From NCBI RefSeq assembly GCF_964204645.1, contig NC_134032.1, positions 4,178,175-4,242,174 on the forward strand: a stretch of 64,000 bases of DNA. The letters are read 5' to 3'. Of the stretch, positions 36,832 to 50,000 are shown piece by piece. Below the pieces are notes generated by a model. It was not told where the DNA came from and made no database searches. It was given only the letters and a program-made list of their open reading frames with translations. The position numbers and the translations under genes were made by a program. The stretch comes from Tubulanus polymorphus (Eukaryota > Animalia > Nemertea). The stretch's first letter is position 1. The number at the start of each line of letters is the position of its first letter.

Positions 36832-39800
36832 GGCGTCAAATAATTTATTAAAGTTAATTTTCTTGTTTCCATTTACCTCCAAAGTCTCGCTGACGGCTGG
36901 TTATTTGATTGAAGCGATTCGGGTAAGAAACGCAATCCGTATAGTGATACCTGGATGATTATTCGAATCCATCAAAACTACGTTCTAATGAATTGTCCAC
37001 GTGACTGGTTTTTAGGGTACGACTTGTGATGCGCGATTCGAACGTTTCGCTACCGATCACGCCATGTGTCTGAAAAGAGGCGCCGACTCAGGTAAGAATA
37101 CCGCTAAATCGATAAAAACAGAAAATTCTGTAAACTCGACCGCCGATTCCACAACTATGTACTTCTGTAGGCCCCTACTTCGAGATTTCCGATTTCAAAA
37201 TCAAACCCACTGTTTCGCTCGCGGCAGCAGATGTAGTGGGTTTGTAAGGGACACCAAATCAAATCAAATCTACGAATCAAATGAATCAGAGGGTCAATCC
37301 TTATTTTCAGAACACGTAATAATAGCTTAAATGTTTAGAGTGTTTTCCAGATGCTGTTTCCAGTTGTGATGAACTGAAATAGCGTCAAAATAATAACGAA
37401 GATTGTAATGTTTGCAAGATTGGAATTTCAGATAGATTTTTATTTCGGATATCCAATTGATTTCATTTAATTGTTCCTTTTCTCGTCCTGTCTAAATTTC
37501 GATGAACATCCTCCGGGATCGAATCCCCCCCTGTCTGGTTTTGTTTCAGAAATGGACGGCGCCTCACGAGACGTTTTGCCAAAAATCGTCAACAGTTTTA
37601 GAACTCTGAAAATGACCCGCGATCGGAACAGATACATGTTCCGTATGGTAAGCTAGTAGTAACAATGACAGAAAATATAATAATGATAATTATCAAAGCG
37701 ATTTATAAAGAGCTTCACCAGAGCGATTCACATGTTAAAAATGCCTACACAAAGAAAGCATTTTAACTGCTCCATCGATGGAAGTGACTGCCCGGCTGTG
37801 ATAGGAAACTCGTCCCACTTAGGGGCACTGTTGGAAAATGCACGACCACCATTATACTGTGACTATGAACAACTTCGAGCAATTATCTGAAAGATTAGAT
37901 AATTGCTCGTAGGAACAACTAATGAAACTTGATTAGCTGATCGAATTGCACGTGTGTGCTGCTTGTTATAGTTGGGTAGTCAGTGTTAACTAATGATGTT
38001 ACTCGCAGGTCCTAAGTAGAGCCGGTTTTTGACTCTAAGTGACATGTTTTGTGCTGGGTGTCAAATCCATTGCATATGGAAGACAGACGATGGAAGTCAG
38101 ATCATGTGGACGTAACGCTTAAAAATGGGCACATTTCGCGCGCGTTATGAACAGCCCCCGATTTTGTTAGGAACCATTTAATAACCGGGAGCCAGACACT
38201 TAAATGATAATTTTCTCTTCTCATTACACGTAAAATCGATATTGCCGATGTTATTGTGTTTCAGTATTGGGATACTGTATTGAGTCGTATGGCTGAAAAC
38301 TACGCGTCCACTTGTCCCGATACCGTCATATCCGAAACGAGGAACTATATACCAGGTAATACACAACCATCCAGAAATAAAACAAGAGACCTCCCTCCGT
38401 ACAACCCTAATGACGTCATCATCCAATAATATAATCTATACGATTCAGGTCGAGGTCGCGTGGATCAGTTGGTGTTAGTAATGGCGGATGAGGTGATGAA
38501 CGTCTACCGGAATTACGTCACTGCGGCCGAGTCACGTGACTACGCGGGTATTCTCATGGATGTGGCTGGAGAACTCAGTGACGGAACGACGAATCAGTTT
38601 CTGTCGATGTTCCTCTCCCCGGATAATGCCGTGAAAGTAAGAGCTTATAGCACCTCCCGTCGATTCGAAAAAAAAGTTTTGTATTACCAAAACAAATTCG
38701 TTTATTCAAGAACTAATTATCTTTTCAATTTTTAAAAGTTTTATTTTAAAGTTTTCCACAAACTCAAGATGTAACGCGCTATGTCAATCATGTCAGGGAT
38801 TTGATTCTAAAAATGGCTTGATTTCTATGATTATATTTTCTTGTTTCAATGTTATAGTTTGAACATGCTACTGCTATGAAGTTGGGCTGCGGTCTGAAGG
38901 CGTGTTCACCGCAAAAGAACGTGCTCGTTTGTAACATAGCCCCCAGGTATTTAGCATTTCACTCAAGTTTAGAATTGATCATGGAGTCACCCGCATGGAG
39001 CTTGCAGAATTGGTGTCTAATGTCAATATCAAATTGCTCCGGGTCGGGTTCCTGCTGAGCTGTCTTTTCAGTAGTACATACCTGATAAAGTTGTTTAGTA
39101 GGGCAAGCACAGATGAGCAGCTTAACTAAAAACATCGATCATTTCATTGAAATGTTACCGAAAATTCTCCTTTAGAATTGGGTTGTCTTCAAAGAGACTT
39201 TTTGGTAATCCCTCATTACAGCATAAAATGGATTTTAAAGGTTGATGTTTCAGTTCAGCTGCCTCAATCTGTGCTGGTTCAATAAACACCTATCAAGTTT
39301 GTTCCACTAAAACTGGCTGAGCTAGGCCACCCAACTGACGTCCTCTCACGCAAAAGTTTAAACAAAAATTTACTAAACGAATATTTGAAAAAATCTCAAG
39401 AGCTTTAAACCGACCTAATAAGCAGATTATCATAAACAGGCTGTCCCGGGTTCGAAACCGAGTTGATTCCGAGTTGGTCTCAGATGCTGAATCGATGATA
39501 AGAGAGGTCCTAGGTTCGAACCCATTGATTGTAAATTCTAATTGGTTCCTAATTAAACATAAATCATTAATTCGGGAATGATCCTACCTTTTCGATTTTC
39601 GTTTAACTTAACAATTCCGGACATTCAGTAATTTTTGGAAAGTTCCAAAAGATGGCGAGCTATGATTATGGTCTTTTCGAACAACATGTCTTTAGTAGCT
39701 CCATCGGAATTCAGTCAGTTCCGGTAAATTCTGATAGATGACGATCCATGATTCCAGGAACATCTGCAAATTTTAATTCATCCTGATTATTTTTGCTTTA

Positions 39801-40932
39801 CCATAGGAAAGTTCGTCAAAACAGTGAGCGAATGTCGAGTGCGGAACCTTCACTGGATTGTCCCGACAACTTCAACGCAGAATATCAGTTATGCGGTGAG
39901 TTTCAAGTAACGCATTGGGCGGGGGAATATAAAATAAATGAAGGACAAAGACATTATTTCTTATGACTGGATGATTCTTTGGTCGTTTTCCTACTCCGAT
40001 GGACAGGGGTAGGGGTAGTTCAATGTAGACATTTATATGCGGTCATGGGGGAGGGAGGTCAAAACTTTGAAATTTAGCGTGGACGTCTTTTGTTGAAAAA
40101 CTCCTTAAGTTGTTTCAGTCGGTAGATCACCATTATAAACAACAATTTTATTCTGGTTGTTTTTATTTGATTGTTTTCAGATTGTGGTGACAGGAATGTG
40201 TGCAGTTATAACGCTTTGCTTTATCCGGTCACCTGCAGTTGTTGGTGCGATAGAGTTTTCATATATTCCGTCAAACCGTACGTTAACAGAGACGATTCAT
40301 GTTCGCGTAAGTGTCTCGAAGGTTCTCACGAGATCCCGTCGCGTTTCCCGAAGTTTCAAGCGAGGATCTCGTATGTTCCTCGCGAGAACCTTTGAGAAAC
40401 GATACAGGATCTCGCGAGATCCTTCGAGAAACGATACGGGATCACTAATCGTTTCTCAAATGTTATCGCGAGATCTCGTAATTTTCTCGAGGGTTCTCGC
40501 AAGATCCATCTGTACAAATACAATATTATCCTTAACATACAATTTGTATCACATAATTCGTTATCGACAACATTACGAAATATGTTTTATTTTTCAAGGC
40601 GTTGATAAACTTCATTTTCTCGTTTGTTCTGTAGTAAATTGTACAAAAGTGAGAACGGATGAAAGTGTGACGCAACAGTTTGACGGGATCGATTCTAACC
40701 TGGAGATGAAGGATTTAGAAGCGTCTTGTATGACACCGGATACATCTCCAACAACTCCAGCTCCAACGACTCCAGCTCCAACGACTCCAGTTCCGACGAC
40801 CCCAGCTCCAATGACACCAGCTCCAACGACTCTCGTTCCAACATCAACAACGACTCATAATTCGAAGATAACTTCGACTCCAAGTACCAGGACTCCAGCT
40901 CCAAGTGCGCCACATCCAGACGAGTCAAACGG
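36832..40932 (+). pseudogene. Degenerate multi-exon CAP/SCP (CRISP/GLIPR-like) gene with a Cys-rich region and Pro/Thr stalk
   Basis: Exons 37016-37091 (CDARF..DHAMCL), 37550-37647 (VNSFR...YMFRM), 38449-38636, ~38858-38947 (LGCGLKAC..LVCNIAP), 39807-39895 (CP...LC), 40181-40307 (Cys-rich) and 40635-40932 (TTPAP repeats). An expected exon and several conserved residues are missing. Confidence 0.55.
40744..40842 (+). repeat. 15-bp coding tandem repeat (PTTPA)n
   Basis: Approximately ACGACTCCAGCTCCA units. Confidence 0.85.
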
Positions 40933-41579
40933 TAGGGTATCTCTAGCAGCCAGTGAAGATAGTCACTGAAAATTTGTCAAATGCCTCGTGAAAAAATTCG
41001 CTCAACACAACCATTCAGCCGGAGACCGGGTCTCTAGTCGACTTTCCCAAGTGAACATTCAAACTAAAACGGTTTTTCGATTTGTTTCTAGGACGACAGA
41101 AATTTGTTATCTGCAAGATACGTTTTACAAAGAAAAATGGCCGCTCTCCGGCGCGTCGCCGCAAGAAGAGGAGATACATGTGTAGGCGGCCTACAAACTC
41201 CAGAATATTGAAACATTTATTCGGGCGACTGGCAAATAACACCGCACAGGTGAATATAGCGCCATCTAGTGGACGACTCCGTGACTAAACAGGCGAAATC
41301 AAATGTCGTAGATTTATTGATGTAGGCGTATGTATGTATATATGCATATGTATGCCAAATATAGCAAGAAATACATGAACTGCAGCCTACACAAACTATA
41401 TTAGTTTGATTTCTTACAATGGGCGACTCGTAATCAGAGAGGGTTTAGGTACTGCAGTAACCATAGAATGAGCGGGCCGTACAAACGGCCAACAGTCACC
41501 ATGCACCAAGTCACTTCATCTGACTGGTCACTAGTCACTTCAATCGCTAGACAAACTTACAAACTTCGTCAGTCACTAC

Positions 41580-41650
41580 TGGTCTATGGTCGAGTGATTA
41601 GCGTGCTCGTCTGGCGCGCGCTGGAGGTCGCAGGTTCGAGTCCATCTTAA
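41580..41650 (+). mobile_element. tRNA-derived SINE head
   Basis: A-box-like TGGTCGAGTG and B-box GGTTCGAGTCC, without a full cloverleaf. A similar head lies on the minus strand at about 19505-19572. Confidence 0.5.
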
Positions 41651-42349
41651 GGCGTATTTAAGGCGTATCTTAGGGTTATCGGCATTTTTTGTCGTTTATT
41701 TTATTCTCGTGTTCCAACCTAGTCACTCTGGAAGGTCTAGGATTTTTAGGAGATTATCCCTCATGAAATAAAGAAGCGTCTTTAACCATTTCTGGTCGTT
41801 GATTTTACAACTTATGACGTTATTCAATGAAATTAATTAATTGCTAATTTCACCGATCGATTCCGGCGCCCAATTAGCGACAACGGGACGAAAACAAAAC
41901 AGGGAGTCGGATCACAGGAATCAATTCTAATTCGATCGCAGCAGCAGCAGCAGCAACCTCCTCTTATCGTCGCTTTTGTTAGATCTTCGGCGCGACTACG
42001 CAATCTATTATCGGGAGCGTTAGATTGGCGGCAGCTCGTCCAGTTATATATAATTGCTGCGAGGTGACACTAGTGCAGATAATTGAAAAGAAAATTAGCA
42101 ACTCGGGATGCAACACTGTTTGTTGTCTAACGATCTGGAGCAGGTTCTTCACCTGTACCACTGAAATACTGTTCGTTCAGAATCGTCGGTGATTGTCAAA
42201 CTCTCTGAAGTCGTCATCGGATGAGTCACGTCGATTGAAATCGTTTGTCTCATCGCTCTTAACTAACTGTAAGTCGTATTTTCTTTTCTCGATACACTCA
42301 AATTCACCACTTCTTCCAATTCAATTTATTAAGTGTATGTTATACGCAT

Positions 42350-42890
42350 TTGGATTAGTCGTCATATTACTGAAGTCATCCGATGGGTTTCCACCGCTGC
42401 CTGCGCGTTGCAGTTTTGGCAAGGATGTTATTAATCAAAGAGATATTGACACCAGAGATATTGTCAATGGCATTTGTAATTTCTGACTGGATATCCGCAG
42501 CAGAGGGAGCAGTTATATATCTTGCGACATCAGAACAAGGCTCACAAAAAAATCCAACGGGTAGGGCGTTGTCCGAGATGGAATTGTAAGCAACCGTGAG
42601 GGGGATATGGAAGGAACCAGTTTAGATTAGAGTAGATAGCTTACAATGGATAGAGTGCGCAGATGTTGGATTTATATACAACATTTCAACATTACAAAAT
42701 ATTCTCCCATTCCAACTAAATAACCAATTGTACTTGGTGCACGCACCATGGTGGTTGTAACAAGCAGATTTACCCGTTTAGTCAGCTGAAACACGACCAT
42801 TGGTGATTCTGAAGTTTTACATAGATCTAGGAGCTTTACCCCAAGAGCATCAACAGCATGGTTGCCACTTGGGTTTCCCAGTTAAGAGGC
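42350..42890 (-). mobile_element. Degenerate LINE AP-endonuclease fragment (L2/CR1 group)
   Basis: Broken reading GVKLLDLCKTS..TNGRVSAD.TGK.ACYNHHG, typical of the C-terminal half of the LINE APE domain. Confidence 0.6.
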
Positions 42891-43089
42891 TATCACACCC
42901 AACCCATAAACTAGATCATTAATACTATAATTTAATACGATACATGAATTGTCCATTTTGAAAATTGTTTATATCTGCCAATTAAAAAATTTTTGCAGAT
43001 TTAAATAATGGTGAGGTATGGGCTCTAATATCGGTCTTAAAGATAATGCGGAACGCTTTCTTCTGGAGAAGTTCCAGCTTTCATAAGTT

Positions 43090-44377
43090 TGAGATGGCAA
43101 TAAATGAAAGAATAATACAACTGCAGTAAAGTTGTTTTTGACAAAATTCCATAAAGTCTACCCATTATACAAATGAACCGTAATAGTTTAGTACAGATGC
43201 CATTCATTTGTGACTTCCAAGTAAGCTGGTCGTCAACTTGAACGCCTAGAAATTTTGTTGTCGAAACTTGTGATATAGACATATTGTTGATTTTGATAGA
43301 AATTGAGTGTTTATGTTTAGCACGGCTGAAAAATATGAAATGAATCAAATTCAATGAAAGCCTGTTTGCCCGAAAACAGATATTCAGTTTGTGTAGTTCT
43401 GTATTAACTATCATAGTTAACTCGTTAAAATATTGATATGAGAAGTGAATACACTGGCATCATCAGCAAACATGATAAAATTAAAAACGCTTGATGCGTT
43501 TACAAGGTCATTTATATATAATAAGAAAAGGATCGGCACCAAAATAGAACCTTGGGGCACACCACATAATACATGATAGGTAGTGGTAGTAGTCTCTTTA
43601 AAAAGAACAGTCGGAAAACGGTTTGAAAGATAATTTCTAAACCAGAGTAATGGCGTACCTCTGATGCCATAATGGCAAAGTTTTGACAATAAAATTTCAT
43701 GATTCACTCTATCAAATGCACGCGAAAGATCTAGAAATATTCCTATAGTAGATTTGCCATTGTCTAAATTATTGATGATTTTATCTATGATAACAGTAAT
43801 TGCCATGTTGGTGGAATGGTCTTTCCTAAATCCAAATTGACATGGAGATAGCATTTTATACTTGTCGAAAAAACTTTTTTGTAAACTACTTTTTCTAAGA
43901 TCTTGGAAATACATGGTATTGATATTGTTTAGGTCTGTAGTTTGAAAAATGTGAAACATCTCCCGATTTGAACAAATGTAATATCTTTGATATTTTGAAG
44001 CATTCAGGTACTTGCCCATTAATCAAACTTAGATTTAAAATATGAGATAACGGCAGAGATATAGCGTCAATTACTCTCTTGAGGATCTTTTGATTGATAC
44101 CATCATGACCAGTGTTATTACTATTTTTAAATTTTGAAACAATATTTTTAATTTCTAAAGAATCTGTGAGAGAGAAAAAGATATCATTTTGTTGTGGCGG
44201 ACCCAGAAAAGAGAAAAATGTTAGTAGGTAAAATATCATTGGCTAAATTTGGACCCGCTTGTGCAAAACACTTATTAAATTCATCGGCTATACTAACATT
44301 ATTTTTGTACATCACACCATTCTGTTCAAAACATGCGAAAATTTAGAATTTGACGATGTTATATTAATAAGCTCATT
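43090..44377 (-). mobile_element. L2/CR1-group LINE reverse transcriptase fragment, frameshifted
   Basis: NYRP, QFGFR, FLDLSRAFD.VNH, GVPQGSIL.P.LF..YINDL, FADD and KFLGV across ORFs 43895-44239, 43417-44019 and 43037-43414. Confidence 0.9.
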
Positions 44378-45600
44378 AATTAGGGTTTCTGCTGCTTTCG
44401 CAGAAACCCTCTTGTAATTCTGTTGATTATTATTATTATTATTATTATTATTAATTTTCCCCTTTCCAGCCAAAAATTTTTCATAAAATGTAACTCCTCT
44501 CAGATTCGACTACTAGCAGCTTATAAACCTAATTTTCAATTATGAAAGAAATATAACTCAGCGCCTGACCATTTCCAATTTGCGTATTATAATTGATTAT
44601 GAATTAATCCCGCGTAATTATTTGGTCTAAACAGGAAATAAGAATGTCGCAAGAATCATCATCCATTGATAAATGTACATCGTGAAAAGCCTGCAAATTA
44701 CCCGACGACCTTGAGCTTCAAAATAAATCACGGATTCGGATTTATAAATCGGTGTTCGACCTACGACATCCATTCAATGTTTTCAGATTTCGTGCGCATG
44801 CGTCAATTTAGCTCGGACGCCATTTTCTTTATTTTACAACGTGCGACGTCACTCTACGTTACTTGCATTTTTACGACTTTGTTGTGTGTTTCTGTGACCA
44901 ATCTTCAGAGAGGTATGTATATATAACGGTTAGGCCTAATATGATGTATTTTTCCACGTAATCTGACGACTGGTATTAAAAGCCGACCGGAATTCGTCTT
45001 GATCCGCGCGTTGTGGTAGCAGTCGGGTCTGGTTGGTGTGAGATCGATATCGAATCCCGCATGACTTACAGATAGAAGTAGCTTTTAAAAGGCCAAATTT
45101 GGGCTAGGTGTTAAGGTTGACCCAATGCGTATGATTTAATAATAGTGTTTGTGGTATGGGTAGAAAATATTTAGGCCTATATAGACAGCAGCTTAAATAT
45201 TGAATAATGGGATTTGAACTGCACTAGTGTGTGTGTGTCTGTGTGCGAGAGCAGGGAGCACTCCATCTCCCTGACCCTGTGACTTATGATTAAGCCACCC
45301 GATTCTGCTGAATGCGAACAAGTCATCAGGTTTTCGTGAATGTGAATAAATACTATAAGAAGGGACTGCCAATTTTAATGAACACAGAAATATCTTAATT
45401 GAAATCGTATGTCAGCTAATTTCAAATTGAAGGCCTATTATACATAAATTACAGTACACTCCGCCCACTCATGTCAGACCATTTGGGAGTGTAAAAATGT
45501 ATCCTGCTTTTCGGATCTGATTCAAGCTTAAGTCTACTGTTTGTATATTCAATCTACCTAGGCCCATAGGCCTAATTGTGCCTGCCTAATTATTGGGGAA

Positions 45601-46420
45601 ATCGACAATGTCAGGTTCTTGAATTTCTCGACTGATGGCGCTAGTTAGAACTGGATATTGGTACCTAAATCTGCCATGTTCTAGTTTATTTGCAATAAAA
45701 ATCTGGCCTCTCAATTTTTTAGTAGGCAGTAGTTATTTTACTGGATCTGGTCACTGACTTCTGAACGCTATTTTGCCAAATATTGTCTCTAAATTGGCTG
45801 ATTTACTACGCACATGCGCAAAGAGGTGCGCGGCTTAGATAATTGGAAGGAAGTGTGGAGAACAGAGTTTACCCGGACCAGTGAATTACTAGCCTAGCGT
45901 CTTCCTATTAGATCACAGAGCTCATTGAAAACCATCCGAATGTTTTAGCTACATTTAGCCTCACCTAGCCCTAACCCTATCCCTACTTGTGAAATCGAAC
46001 CCTGTGGACCCTCTTCTCACCCTCTTGACACTAACCCTATCCAAACCCTTACCCTAAACCCAATAAAATGATTTAATTGTTACATAATAAATGGATTTGG
46101 CAAAATAGCGTTCAGAAGTCGGTGACCGGATCCAGGTTAAATATGCACTTCCTTTTTAGTAAGTGTATTTTACGTACATACATCATCACGTTTAATCCTT
46201 TAAGTATGATATCCTGGAAATCTGTTAGATTGGACAAAACGTTACCTCAACTGTCAAAAATTTTCCAAAAATCACAAATTTAGTGAAAAAAAATGCTCAT
46301 TAAAAACTTGAAGCGAGAGATCTTTATTGCAAATCAACAAAACAAGGTGGATTTAGGTTCCAATTTCCGGTTCTGACTAGTGCCATCATACGAGTAATTC
46401 CAGAACTTGAATTTGTTGAT
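45601..46420. mobile_element. Nested fold-back elements (outer ~100-bp IR; inner 41-bp IR at 45741-46135)
   Basis: 45601-45703 is an imperfect reverse complement of about 46318-46421. The inner arms CTGGATCTGGTCACTGACTTC... / ...GAAGTCGGTGACCGGATCCAG enclose CCCTAA-like repeats. Confidence 0.7.
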
Positions 46421-47020
46421 ATTTGTATTGGCATCATTCCTTTTCTAAAACGGAACCTGACGACCAATTATTCAATTTCCTATTTATTTATTTTTTTAAA
46501 CAAGACTCATCATGCAGGTATTCCCCACAACAACAGGTTTCAGAGGGAAGACCACCCTTTTATTTTTGTTTCAACCCATCTTAAAATGAGCCACCAATCG
46601 GTAATCGGGCGAACCATAATAGTGTTCACTGCCTGTTTTAATACTCGTCGTTGCACATTTGTTCAGGATACTACGTCTAGCCTATGTGGGTTATAGGGTT
46701 TATTCCAAAAGTTTGCAAACAAAATCCAGTTAATTTGTTTAGTTTTGGAGACATTTTTGATGCATTGTTTTCAACACATTTTATTCAATTTTCTTCCAAT
46801 CTTGCCATCAACCAAACCCAGCGGAGCTATCACAGCTGACAGGCTGCTTGTTTAACACACCATACCTATTTGTAGCAGGTGTCACCTATTGTTTCGAAAT
46901 TTTAGAGAAAGTTCCTACAGGCTGATTAATAATGCTGTGATAATGTTTCTTTTGTGATAGGTCACATACTTGATACTTGTTGATACTTGAAATAGGATAT
47001 TGATCAGTACATTACTCATC

Positions 47021-50000
47021 ATGCCTAAAAGGAAAAGAAGAGCTGGTAGCTTTCAGCCGAAGAAGGTAAGACCCTCTTTTCATAGGCAAATGTTAATCTT
47101 CTAGTAAGAAGTATGTAGGCCTTTTTTCCGAGTAAAAAATTCATTAAACTGTTCATCACATGTGTTAGCTGCGCAATATTTTGGTGCCTGATTTTGGTAT
47201 TTTATCAGAAAAAACCATATCAGTAAATCATAAACCAGTTGCTTAGAGGGTGTGTAACTGACCAGTGTCGTATCATCCCTGGTTCTTGTTGAGATAATTA
47301 TAAGCTATTGAATTGAATTGAACTCATTAGAAAATTCTACGAACGTATAGTGAATGAATTTTTTTTCTATTTTCAGAAGGTGGAGGTGGTTGGAGTTCCC
47401 TCAGCCCTAACTGGACAAAACAGAGATGAAAAAAGGATCAATGGAAAAAAATTATGAAAAATCTCAATATACACAATATACATGAAACCTCATCGAAAAT
47501 GAAAGCTGACTCATCTATTCAACCAATTTCGAGTATGATTTCGTGTAGAGATTGTGATGGCAATTTTGGTAACAGTGAGTCATGTTTAAGTGCTGAGAAT
47601 ATGAGATGTTCATCAATTCATGGAAATTTCCACCAGGGTCATCCAAAATACGGTATTCATTCAGGTAAGCAATGTGTAACAAATGCATTAGCTGCAATGA
47701 TTCATGCATCAAATAAAGCTGTATGCCTCATGATATTGATTCAGTATTGAATATTGGAAATGATTTATACGCAACATTGACTAATATGAATACAATAACA
47801 AATATGTATTTATTGATCAGTGAGCTACCAACTGCTGTTGAGATTGGAAATTCCATTTATAATGTGACTGTTGGATCCCCTCAAGTTGCTATATCTGAAT
47901 TATCTGATGAAATGAGAGCTGGAAATTTTGGAATTATCAGTGAACTACATGAATGTTTGCACAATAATCTGCTTAATTACGACACATGCTTTATAACATT
48001 TGCTGGAAATACAAATACACGTGTTTTAAAACAGGATGACATGTACTGGGTATTTGATTCACATTCGAGAGATGCATCAGGAATGATGACCGCTGATGGA
48101 CATGCTGTATTAGTAAGGTACTCTTGTGTTAATTGTATTGTCAAACATTGTCAGAATCTTGCAGCTTCAATGAATCAGAGGCAACCAATACAGTATGAAA
48201 TTACAGTGGCTTCTATCAACCATGAAATTGAAACTACTGTAGAGAATAGCATTATCGAAACAACGACTACATACTCTCCAAACTACCAACAAACAAGTAG
48301 TGAAGATGAACTGCCCTATACAAACCCAAAAGTAGATGAATGCGATGTAATTGTTACTAGTGAATCCGTGCAGCATGATGATTTAATTTACAACCCACTA
48401 GAAAAAGGTCAGTGCAAAACATTATGCTCTATTCTAGGTATTCATTGTCGACCCTCAACTCTCGGATATGAATGTATGCCCAAATATGATGGACAACTCT
48501 ACTCTCCATGTAATACGCAGAAAATTAAAGGCGATGGAAGCTGTTTTTTTCGGGCAATTTCATATTCAATCTGTGGAACTGAGCAATATCATCGGGCTAT
48601 ACTCACCGAAGTTTTAAAGCACATGCGGCAGAATTCCGACAAATTCCAACCACATCTGAGAAATCCACAACTTACTATAAATGAGTATATTGATGAATCC
48701 CGTATGAAATATACAGGTACTTGGGTGACAGAGGTTGAAATTCTTGCAACAGCTGATTTACTGCATGCTGATATATATACATTTGTAGGCAATGGTTGGT
48801 TACGATTCGCTGGTTCTACTTTCAGTGCACCAAATCGTGTGTGTGAATTAAATGGCAACATTTATTTGAAAAATTGCAGAGGTGTACACTATGAAGTTGT
48901 GTCATGTGTGAAACAATCTGAGGAATGTATTTGCTCTTGGTGTGGCAAGCGACGAAATACTGAAAAAACGGATGATAAAAAAGCCCTGAAAAGGCAGTAT
49001 AATTATCAAAGATATCATGAAGATGAAGATTACAAACAGCACAAACAGAAATTAGCATGTATGAAATCAAAAAATGACGAGGCCTATCGTTTAAATCAAA
49101 ACCAGCAGAGGCAAATCAGATACAATGATGATGACTCGTCTTATCGTAGAACGAAGATGTCTAGTACTCTTAGAAGATACTATAATGATATCAATTATAA
49201 GCAAAAGGTAAATAAGCGAACATCAGAGAAATACAAAAGTGACGTTGACTTCAGAAATAAAGCTAAGCTTTGTAGTATTCAGAAATACAAAAGTGATGAG
49301 CAACATCGAGCACAACTAAGAACTAACAGCATCGAGAAATATCATAATGATGAACAGCATCAAGCCCAAGTTAAATCTTACAGCATTGCAAAATACCAAA
49401 ATGATGAACAGCATCGACGCCAAGTTAAATCTTACAGCATTGAAAAATACCAAAATGATGAACAGCATCGAGCCAAGTTAAATGTTACAGCATTGAAAAA
49501 TACCAAAATGATGAACAGCATCGAGGCCAAGTTAAATCTTACAGCATTGAAAAATACCAAAATGATGAACAGCATCGAGCCCAAGTTAAATCTTACAGCA
49601 TTGAAAAATACCAAAATGATGAACAGCATCGAGGCCATGTTAAATCTTACAGCATTGAAAAATACCAAAATGATGAACAGCATCGACGCCAAGTTAAATC
49701 TTACAGCATTGAAAAATACCAAAATCATGAACAGCATCAAGCCCAAGTTAGATTTAACAGCATTGAAAAATACCGAAATGATGAACAGCATCGAGCCCAA
49801 GTTAAAACATTCAGTGTTGAAAAGTATCAAACCAACATGCAACATCGTGATAAAATGAAAAGACTAAGCATCAACAAGTATGCAGGTGATCCTAAAATCA
49901 AGGAAATGGTTGTTGCTTCCACAAGATCACGTCGTGAAAATGAAAAATTGAAAAAGAAAGACATCAACTATGTGATCAGTGAATTTCGACGTGTATCTAA

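Noticed and set aside
40157-40969. 270-aa ORF as a single coding unit
   Set aside because: It spans an exon read in another frame, an intronic CGAGATC-rich fold-back repeat, and the PT-repeat exon.
43049-43090. Third hammerhead-like motif on the minus strand
   Set aside because: The core reads CTTATGA rather than CTGATGA. At best it is a decayed Penelope end.
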